Virus record (IMG/VR): IMGVR_UViG_2600255005_000006
Source of the DNA: a virus
Taxonomy: Duplodnaviria > Heunggongvirae > Uroviricota > Caudoviricetes
DNA: 15,637 nt
Reading direction: 5' to 3' (one strand)
Shown piece by piece: positions 9,122-15,637 of the stretch (its first letter is position 1; each line of letters starts with the position of its first letter). The notes under the pieces are model-generated. The model worked only from the letters and a program-made list of their open reading frames with translations. It did not search any database and was not told the DNA's origin. Both the position numbers and the translations under genes were made by a program.

Positions 9122-9886
9122 TTAATCAACAATTGTGATACCGTCTTTCAATGCGTTTTGCTTACCTGCAACATCCAGTGCATCAAAAGCAGAGCGTTTC
9201 ATCGTTTTCTGACCAACATCATGCTGTGTCGGACGGGAGCCGCCGCCATTGTTGCCACTGGCTTTCAGGATGTAGTCTTTCTGAGGGTAATTTTCGACGA
9301 GGAACTCCAGCACCTCATCAAACTGCGCCAGTTCGCCAGGCTTCGCGCGGGAATAAATTTTGTTGCCGGAAGCGTCATAAGCAACGATCTTCCCTTCTTC
9401 CACTTTGAATGCCTGCCCGAAGCGGGCTTGTAATAAATCTGCCGGGATCGCAATTTTATCGGCAATATATTTTGAACCCGCAAAACTACCGCCAATCATA
9501 GAATCGTAAAGCTGCGTCTCCAGCATCTGAGAGCGTTGCTTTTCTTCATCTAATTGCTGCTGAAAATTTTTCGTAATTTCTGCCTTAACCTGGTCAACCT
9601 GTCCCGCATCGATCAGCTTTTTCTGGTCGATTTTTGACAGCATTTCCAGTGCCTCGATCGCCTTCTTCGGGTCTTCGATAGCGGCAAACTTAGCCAGTTT
9701 TTCCTCTGCAGCTTCTTTAGCCAGGCGATGATTTTTTGCCTCGCCATTAAGCTCTGTAATTTTTTTTATCGCCAGCGGTGCATCGAAGCCGATTTCTTTA
9801 CCATCGTCGTGCACATAAACTGGCAGGCCAGCAGTATCAATTTCTGCGTATTGTTTTCCGTTAATCTCGACCGTTTTCAGTTTCAT
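9122..9886 (-). CDS. Putative capsid scaffolding protein, 254 aa (start MKLKTVEINGK)
   Basis: Acidic, helix-rich ORF between the MuF-like and capsid genes. The ORF-track GTG extension to 9958 is rejected because it runs through the upstream terminator hairpin. Confidence 0.5.
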   Translation of the reverse strand: MKLKTVEINGKQYAEIDTAGLPVYVHDDGKEIGFDAPLAIKKITELNGEAKNHRLAKEAAEEKLAKFAAIEDPKKAIEALEMLSKIDQKKLIDAGQVDQVKAEITKNFQQQLDEEKQRSQMLETQLYDSMIGGSFAGSKYIADKIAIPADLLQARFGQAFKVEEGKIVAYDASGNKIYSRAKPGELAQFDEVLEFLVENYPQKDYILKASGNNGGGSRPTQHDVGQKTMKRSAFDALDVAGKQNALKDGITIVD

Positions 9887-9940
9887 ATTAGTACCTGGTT
9901 TAAGTCTTCCGACAGTTACGCTGCTCACCATCCGGATCGC

Positions 9941-9970
9941 AGCAATAAAAAAGGCCACCCGAAGGTAGCC
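9941..9970 (-). terminator. Intrinsic terminator between the MuF-like and scaffold genes (GGCUACC-UUCG-GGUGGCC followed by UUUUUUAUU)
   Basis: 7-bp GC-rich stem with one mismatch, UUCG tetraloop, U6 run, read on the minus strand. Confidence 0.5.
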
Positions 9971-9990
9971 TGTTGTAATAAATGATTTAT

Positions 9991-11017
9991 TTAAATCCCT
10001 GCTTTTCTGAATACCTGTGCATCACGCTCACGGAGTTGCTTCAGCGTCAGCCATTCGCCTTTATCGGTGTAAAATTCATCTGGCGACATACCGCCATCCC
10101 GAATCAGCTTTGCCCGGGTTTCCCCCACAATCTGTTTTTGTCTGGTGTAAGGCTGACGCAAAAACCATTCCCTGTAGGTTGTATCTCCGGCCACCACGCC
10201 ATCCATGCTGGCCCGCTCAGCCGGGGAAATATCACGAACATCAATACCCAGTTCCTTCGCTGATTTCAGAATGAACGTTTCCGTTGAGCGGCAGCAGAAA
10301 TGAATTTTTCCCGGCCCATGCAAATAAGGCACACTGTGACCTACAGGTTTATTATCCAGCGTATATTTGAGGCGATCCCTGATTCGACATTGTGGCGTAG
10401 TACGATTATCAAGCGTTGATAACCATTGCTTACCCTTAATCAAATCATTATTCGCGCTGGCAAAACTCTCACGGGCAGTAGCAGCAAGATGTCCAACCGC
10501 TGTTTTTGCAATGCTGGCCGCATTAGCCCGGCTCATCTGCAATGCACCATCCTGAAATCCCTTGCTGACATGTCCCCGAATTTTTCTTGCGATCTGCTCA
10601 TTGGTATCCCCCAGCAAAAAACCCTGACGCACCGTATTTGTTATGCGTCTGAGCCGATCCGCCTCAAGATCCAAGGCCCACTCACTGAGCAGTCGTCCCT
10701 GGAATGGTCGCGCCATTGCAGCGGCGTAAAGTGCATCAAGAAGATATACCAACCAGAGGGTGAACATCAGCAACAAAATCAGGTAGCAGAGAATCAAACA
10801 GACTTAACTGATAACCAGCCTCATAAATTGCCAGCTCGTTCAGCTCTCCGGAGAGACTGGTAAACATGCTGTTAATAGCAGCGCGGTTAACCTCTCTGAC
10901 ACTCGCCAGAAGTGACTCCAGGCGCGTAACGGTAAAACTACCAGGATCGAGGCTGTCCAGTGCTACCAGCAGGCGAGCTGTAAGCTCCGCATCGCTGTCA
11001 TTCAGTATTTTCACCAT
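9991..11017 (-). pseudogene. Head morphogenesis protein, Phage_Mu_F / SPP1 gp7 family, split by a +1 frameshift into an N-terminal ORF (10736..11017, 93 aa) and a C-terminal ORF (9991..10797)
   Basis: The C-terminal part carries a MuF-like motif WLSTLDNRTTPQCRIRDRLKYTL...HFCCRS. The N-terminal ORF has ATG at 11015-11017 with SD GAGG. The frames overlap over 10736-10797; the in-frame ATG at 10714-10716 has no SD. Combined length about 335 aa fits the family. Confidence 0.65.
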
Positions 11018-12885
11018 TCTGGCAGCCTCGCCAGTTGCCTGAAGCGGTATGTGGTTTCCGTCGTCCTGGCCGTGCTGACCAGCCGCTCACTGCCGTCATC
11101 CGCTGCCACGGTCAGGCGAAGCATAAAGCTCCCCCCCTTCACCACCTTCGGCGTGTCCCAGCGCGCCAGCACCTGGTATTCCCCGCTGTCTGCGGTGACT
11201 TCTGCAGTCAGGTGCTGCACCGCGGGCGGCGTGACACCGTTCACCGTTCCGCTCTGGTCGCCGTCAAAGTACGCCCCGTTATCCACGATGGCTTCTTTCT
11301 CCGGTACATGCTGCACGGCAGTGATGGCATACGTGCCGTCATCGTTCTCACGGATACTCACACAGCGGAACAGGCGCTGGCGCAGCATCGGCAGCTTCAG
11401 CCCCCACACGCTGTATCCGGCAACGCCGTCAGGAACACGGCTCACTTTCACCTTCACACCGTCGGTGACGGACTGGACCTCCACGCTGACCGGATTCCCC
11501 TGCCCGTCAACCAGGCTTATCAGCGTGGTGCCGGAGGATGGCAGCGTGATTTCACGGTCGAGCGTCAGCGTCCGGGTCTGGCTGTTCACCGCCAGCACAC
11601 GCCCACCGATGCTGATACCGGCATAGTCATCATCGCAGATTTCAATGACATCCCCCGGTACATGGCGAAGCCCTTCAGCACCCACGCTGAAGTCCACGGT
11701 CTGCGTTTCCAGCAGCTCCGTTTTAATCAGCCACAGCCCGGCGCGGTGTGCCTGCCCCCGACTGGTACAGCCAAAGGCATCCATCTTCGTGACGTTACGG
11801 CCGTAACGGGCAATGGCCTGCGTATCCTCCACGAGCTCTGTCGCCGTCTCCCAGCCGTTGTTCGGGTCAATCCAGTTCACCTCAACGGCATTATGGCGGT
11901 CCTTCAGGGCGCTGAAGCTGTAGCGGAACGGCGCGCCATCATCCGGCATCACCACATTACTGCGGTTATAGGTCCACACCTTATCTGATGGTCGGTCCTG
12001 CACGAACGTCAGCGTCTGCCCGTTCCATACCGGCATACAGCGCATCGCCGAGCAGAAATCACTGAGCACATCCCACGCCTTGCGCTGTGTGGTCAGGTAC
12101 GCATTACAGGTGATGCGCGGCTCCGTGCCGCCAAAGCCGTCCGGCACTGACTGGTCGCAGTACTGGCCGATGACATACAGCGCCCATTTATCCACATCCG
12201 CCGCACCAAGACGTTTCCCCATGCCGTAGCGCGGATGGGTCAGCATATCCCACAGACACCAGGCCATGTTGTTGCTGTATGCCGGTTTAAACGTTCCGTC
12301 CCAGATACCGCTGTATTGCCGCGTCTGCGGGTTATAATTCGACGGCACCTGCAGAATACGCCCGCGCAGATGATAATTACGGCTCACCTGCTGACTGCCG
12401 AACTGCTCCGAGTCCACCTGCACGCCGACCAGTGCCGTGTTCGGGTAGCACTGTTTCACATCGATAATTTCGGTGTATGACGACCAGAGCGTTTTGTTCT
12501 GCAGCTGGTCTGTGGTGCTGTCCGGCGTCATCCTGCGCATCCGGATACTGAACGGGCGCGGCGGCAGGTTATCCACCACCACCGAGGCCAGATACTGTGA
12601 AGTGGTTTTACCCTTAATGGTGATGTCTTTTTCCGTCACCCAGCCACCGTTACGTTGTATCTGAACCAGCAGGCGGACTTCCGATGGATTCCTGTCCCCC
12701 TTTGAGGTGGTTTCCACCAGTGCCTGCACGCCGAAAGTAAAACGCAGACGGTCAATGTTTGCCGACGTGATGGTCCGGGTGATCGGCGTGTCATATTTCA
12801 CTTCTGTACCGAGCACCGTCTCGGAGCCGGAGGATTCAAATCCCTCCGGCGGTGTCTGCTCCTGCTCACCGGCCCGGAACACCAC
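11011..12885 (-). pseudogene. Internal fragment of lambda-like host specificity protein J (roughly lambda residues 55-690); lacks its N-terminus and C-terminal receptor-binding region
   Basis: Translation VVFRAGEQEQTPPEGFESSGSETVLGTEVKYDTPITRT... is near-identical to lambda gpJ as I recall it. Homology runs upstream to about 12927 (SEGNTNISGVT) and ends at about 11025 (RFRQLA, then RLPEW-stop versus lambda LGNYRL). Confidence 0.9.
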
Positions 12886-12929
12886 CGTGACGCCGGATAT
12901 ATTGGTATTCCCCTCACTGCCCGATAGGG

Positions 12930-13340
12930 TTGGCGGGTGGGCTAAACTTATACCAATACGCGCCGAATCCGCTGGGGTGGATTGACCCGTTAGGACTTAA
13001 ATGCTGGAGTTCGGCCAGACGTGATTACTGGAAAGCAGAAGCTAAAGCAGCGCCAAAAGGCATGTATTCATCCGTGAATATGTTAAGAATGCGTTTTGGT
13101 CTTGCTCCAAGAATTCGAGTTAAAGAATTCCATTTTAAAACAGGTACAGAAAGAATAAGAAACGTATCGCTAGAACTAAACCATCGTCATTGGCCTCAAC
13201 GCGATGGTAAGCATGTTGATATTCCATATAACCTTGAGAAAGTGACGCCCTGGGAACATGCAGCTAAAGATCCCTATAGACATCCAGGTAGTACGTTACT
13301 TGAAATACTACAAGACATTGGAAACTATAAGGGGTTTTAA
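12930..13340 (+). CDS. Orphan Rhs C-terminal toxin tip: Rhs core-end motif (PIGLAGGLNLYQYAPNPLGWIDPLGL) followed by an HNH/colicin-DNase-like domain of about 110 aa; no bona fide start codon
   Basis: Rhs PxxxxDPxGL boundary motif at 12921-12998. Downstream ELNHRHWPQRDGKHVDIPYNLEKVTPWEH resembles the colicin E9 HNH motif [28 protein letters not shown]. In-frame stop at 12888-12890; AT-rich codon usage. Confidence 0.65.
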   Translation: MAGGLNLYQYAPNPLGWIDPLGLKCWSSARRDYWKAEAKAAPKGMYSSVNMLRMRFGLAPRIRVKEFHFKTGTERIRNVSLELNHRHWPQRDGKHVDIPYNLEKVTPWEHAAKDPYRHPGSTLLEILQDIGNYKGF

Positions 13341-13341
13341 A

Positions 13342-13722
13342 ATGAGACTGGCTGAATTTATGCAATCTGATATTTATGTTGATTTTCTTAATGACTTGGA
13401 TAAGTCTCTTTCAGAAAAGATAGATAGAAAATCAAAGGTTTATGATGTTGTTGTTAACCTTATGGAAAAATGGTTGGAATATGCCTCGATGTCTTTTGAT
13501 GATTTGCATTGGGTTATATCAAATTGCAGGTCAGATTCAATAAGTTACATTGTAAAAAAACAAGTTACTTATACAGAGGCTAATGGTGGGAAAGATAATA
13601 TCATCAATCAAGCGCCTAAGATAAACTTCCCTATTGGTCATCTGATAGAGTATTATTTATTATCGAAAAGACCGAACGATTTGCTTGATTATGTGAACAA
13701 AAATTCGGATTCCCGGTTCTAA
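13342..13722 (+). CDS. Putative cognate immunity protein, 126 aa
   Basis: ATG 1 nt after the toxin TAA with SD AAGGGG 7 nt upstream; very AT-rich; followed by a terminator. Function inferred from the toxin-immunity gene arrangement; no recognisable family. Confidence 0.55.
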   Translation: MRLAEFMQSDIYVDFLNDLDKSLSEKIDRKSKVYDVVVNLMEKWLEYASMSFDDLHWVISNCRSDSISYIVKKQVTYTEANGGKDNIINQAPKINFPIGHLIEYYLLSKRPNDLLDYVNKNSDSRF

Positions 13723-13782
13723 GAAATATGTAAAGGAAATTGGGAAAATATTTTCTGAAATAAAATATTCATAATTTAAATG

Positions 13783-13816
13783 GCCGGGGAGAAAATCAAA
13801 TCTCCCCGGCTTTTTT
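13783..13816 (+). terminator. Rho-independent terminator (CCGGGGAGA-AAAUCAAA-UCUCCCCGG followed by UUUUUUAUUU), shared by the convergent immunity and SymE-like genes
   Basis: 9-bp stem with U6 on the plus strand; the SymE-like stop codon (13819-13821) sits in the T-run; the minus-strand side is followed only by an A/U-rich tract. Confidence 0.6.
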
Positions 13817-13818
13817 AT

Positions 13819-14145
13819 TTAATTATCTTTCAGCACTTCCCACATCCCGCTTTTTATTCCCTTCACCACCCGTTTAACCTGATAAAGTTCCTCCCGCAGT
13901 TCCTGTACCTCGTCACTGTCAGCGATGATGGTCAGGCACCCCTCCGAAATCTTCACCGTCACACCCCGCCCGGTATCAAATCCGGCTTCTTTCAGCCAGT
14001 CGCCCTTGAGGTGCAGGCTGGGGTGTTGTGAATAATACCGGGCTATACCGGTTGTGCGGTCCTGGTGGCGGGCTCTGACATAGCCGACTTTATAGCGGCG
14101 CTGTGTTTTGGAAATGACGTCCGCATTACTGTCGTTCTGCGGCAT
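13819..14145 (-). CDS. SymE-family (type I toxin-antitoxin, AbrB-fold) toxin homolog, 108 aa
   Basis: LHLKGDWLKEAGFDTGRGVTVKISEGCLTIIA aligns with E. coli SymE [32 protein letters not shown] as I recall it. ATG at 14143-14145 chosen; the ORF-track extension to 14325 is antisense to the PTS gene and rejected. Confidence 0.7.
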   Translation of the reverse strand: MPQNDSNADVISKTQRRYKVGYVRARHQDRTTGIARYYSQHPSLHLKGDWLKEAGFDTGRGVTVKISEGCLTIIADSDEVQELREELYQVKRVVKGIKSGMWEVLKDN

Positions 14146-15637
14146 TATGTTAGGGATTGGTAGTTCCCTGAGTAGCCATGATGTCATCACCCTCATCCCG
14201 GCATTGGGTAACCCCGTGTTGCAGGCTATCTTTACCTGGATGAGTAAAATTGGCTCGTTCGCTTTTAGCTTCCTGCCGGTGATGTTCTGTATTGCGATCC
14301 CGCTTGGTCTGGCACGTGAAAACAAAGGCGTAGCGGCGTTCGCTGGTTTCGTAGGTTATGCGGTGATGAACCTGGCGGTTAACTTCTGGTTGACCAATAA
14401 AGGCATTCTGCCAACCACCGATGCAGCTGTTCTGAAAGCCAATAACATCCAGAGCATTCTTGGGATCCAGTCGATCGACACCGGGATCCTCGGTGCGGTG
14501 ATCGCCGGTATTATCGTCTGGATGCTGCATGAGCGTTTTCATAATATCCGCCTGCCGGATGCGCTGGCATTCTTCGGCGGTACGCGCTTCGTGCCAATTA
14601 TCTCCTCGCTGGTGATGGGGCTTGTCGGTCTGGTGATTCCGTTAGTCTGGCCGATTTTTGCCATGGGTATTAGCGGCTTAGGTCATATGATCAACAGCGC
14701 GGGTGATTTCGGACCTATGCTGTTTGGTACGGGTGAACGTCTGCTATTGCCGTTTGGTCTGCATCACATTCTGGTGGCATTAATTCGCTTTACTGACGCG
14801 GGCGGCACGCAGGAAGTCTGTGGACAAACCGTCAGCGGCGCACTCACCATCTTCCAGGCGCAATTAAGCTGCCCGACCACTCACGGTTTCTCTGAAAGCG
14901 CCACGCGTTTCCTCTCCCAGGGTAAAATGCCTGCGTTCCTCGGCGGTCTGCCAGGTGCTGCATTAGCCATGTATCACTGTGCTCGCCCGGAAAACCGTCA
15001 TAAAATTAAAGGCCTACTGATTTCTGGCCTGATCGCCTGTGTTGTTGGCGGCACCACCGAACCGCTGGAGTTCTTGTTCCTGTTCGTAGCGCCAGTTCTC
15101 TACGTCATCCACGCGCTGTTAACCGGCCTCGGCTTCACCGTCATGTCTGTGCTCGGTGTCACCATCGGTAATACCGACGGCAATATCATCGATTTTGTGG
15201 TGTTCGGTATTTTGCATGGCCTGTCGACTAAGTGGTACATGGTGCCAGTGGTGGCGGCAATCTGGTTTGTCGTTTACTACGTCATCTTCCGTTTCGCTAT
15301 CACCCGCTTCAATCTGAAAACACCGGGTCGCGACAGTGAAATCGCCAGCTCAATCGAAAAAGCCGTTACCGGTGCGCCGGGTAAATCGGGTTACAACGTT
15401 CCGGCAATCCTCGAAGCCTTAGGCGGTGCCGACAATATTGTCAGCCTGGATAACTGCATTACCCGTCTGCGTTTGTCAGTGAAAGATATGTCGCTTGTTA
15501 ATGTGCAGGCGCTAAAGGACAATCGGGCAATTGGCGTAGTACAACTTAATCAACATAACCTGCAGGTTGTTATCGGGCCGCAAGTTCAGTCAGTAAAAGA
15601 CGAAATGGCTGGTCTGATGCGTACTGTTCAGGCATAA
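14108..15637 (+). CDS. malX: PTS EIICB component, glucose/maltose family (malX-like), 5'-truncated by about 20 codons relative to canonical EIICB N-termini
   Basis: IIC domain then IIB domain with active-site motif NCITRLR; aligns along its length with E. coli PtsG but is longer (at least 509 aa versus 477), fitting MalX (about 530 aa). In-frame stop at 14093-14095; only TTG 14108 or ATG 14114 available as starts. Confidence 0.8.
   Translation: MEMTSALLSFCGIMLGIGSSLSSHDVITLIPALGNPVLQAIFTWMSKIGSFAFSFLPVMFCIAIPLGLARENKGVAAFAGFVGYAVMNLAVNFWLTNKGILPTTDAAVLKANNIQSILGIQSIDTGILGAVIAGIIVWMLHERFHNIRLPDALAFFGGTRFVPIISSLVMGLVGLVIPLVWPIFAMGISGLGHMINSAGDFGPMLFGTGERLLLPFGLHHILVALIRFTDAGGTQEVCGQTVSGALTIFQAQLSCPTTHGFSESATRFLSQGKMPAFLGGLPGAALAMYHCARPENRHKIKGLLISGLIACVVGGTTEPLEFLFLFVAPVLYVIHALLTGLGFTVMSVLGVTIGNTDGNIIDFVVFGILHGLSTKWYMVPVVAAIWFVVYYVIFRFAITRFNLKTPGRDSEIASSIEKAVTGAPGKSGYNVPAILEALGGADNIVSLDNCITRLRLSVKDMSLVNVQALKDNRAIGVVQLNQHNLQVVIGPQVQSVKDEMAGLMRTVQA

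Larger units (their letters stand above)
1..12927 (-). mobile_element. Defective lambdoid prophage remnant (late morphogenesis region plus J fragment); left end runs off the window
   Basis: Contiguous minus-strand head and tail genes with translationally coupled starts; no terminase, portal, lysis or integrase genes; truncated L, frameshifted MuF-like gene and an internal J fragment indicate decay. Confidence 0.8.

Noticed and set aside
9071-9958. Plus-strand ORFs 9071..9433 and 9151..9408, minus-strand ORF 9265..9495, and the GTG-initiated N-terminal extension of the scaffold ORF to 9958
   Set aside because: Overlap or antisense to the scaffold gene; the extension would be translated through the terminator hairpin at 9941-9970, whereas the ATG at 9884-9886 begins a sensible protein.
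10717-10797. Hydrophobic N-terminal 27 residues of the C-terminal MuF-like ORF (MILCYLILLLMFTLWLVYLLDALYAAA) as a possible signal peptide or membrane anchor
   Set aside because: This stretch lies in the frame-overlap zone and is most likely out-of-frame translation upstream of the real frameshift point, not a genuine N-terminus.
9982-10863. Plus-strand ORFs 9982..10263, 10017..10274, 10367..10555 and 10426..10863
   Set aside because: Antisense to the MuF-like gene segments; no RBS; no recognisable domains.
11035-11988. 317-aa and 191-aa plus-strand ORFs (also 12235..12480, 12473..12664, 12707..12985) antisense to the J fragment
   Set aside because: Shadow ORFs inside GC-rich J coding sequence; the minus-strand frame has clear lambda J homology.
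13100-13130. Two GAATTC (EcoRI) sites about 20 bp apart within the toxin domain, considered as a possible cloning scar or repeat
   Set aside because: Short palindromes are expected by chance in AT-rich DNA; no flanking vector-like sequence or other structure.
13300-13331. Possible sigma70 promoter for the immunity gene (TTGAAA ... TATAAG)
   Set aside because: Spacer of about 20 nt is too long and the transcript would start at or past the SD; not supportable by eye.
14146-14325. N-terminal 60-residue extension of the SymE-like ORF, and antisense ORF 14150..14542
   Set aside because: These stretches are antisense to the well-conserved PTS IIC coding sequence; SymE-family homology starts near the ATG at 14145.
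1-15637. CRISPR arrays, tRNA/rRNA genes, IS elements or integrase/attachment sites
   Set aside because: No spaced direct repeats, cloverleaf-like tRNA sequence, transposase or integrase ORFs were seen; a tRNA could still be missed by manual inspection.

Overview
This window is the late (head-tail morphogenesis) region of a decayed lambdoid siphovirus prophage in an enterobacterial, E. coli-like chromosome, followed by an AT-rich toxin/immunity cassette and a 5'-truncated PTS gene. All phage genes are on the minus strand: L, M, tape measure, G/T-like chaperone, major tail protein, four neck/tail-completion genes, major capsid, scaffold and a frameshifted MuF-like head gene. Upstream of these sits an internal fragment of a lambda-like J host-specificity gene; no terminase, portal, lysis or integrase genes are in the window. 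To the right of J', on the plus strand, lie an orphan Rhs C-terminal toxin tip with an HNH/colicin-DNase-like motif and a tightly coupled putative immunity gene, with a convergent SymE-family toxin homolog on the minus strand. The window ends with a malX-like PTS EIICB gene that lacks about 20 N-terminal codons. The most interesting signals are the abutting J'/Rhs breakpoint, the orphan toxin-immunity module, and an anomalous G/T recoding region. All calls rest on reading the six-frame translations and sequence by eye; no database search was run. The ORF track uses GTG/TTG as well as ATG starts, so several listed starts are not ATG. No tRNA, rRNA, CRISPR array or IS element was recognised.
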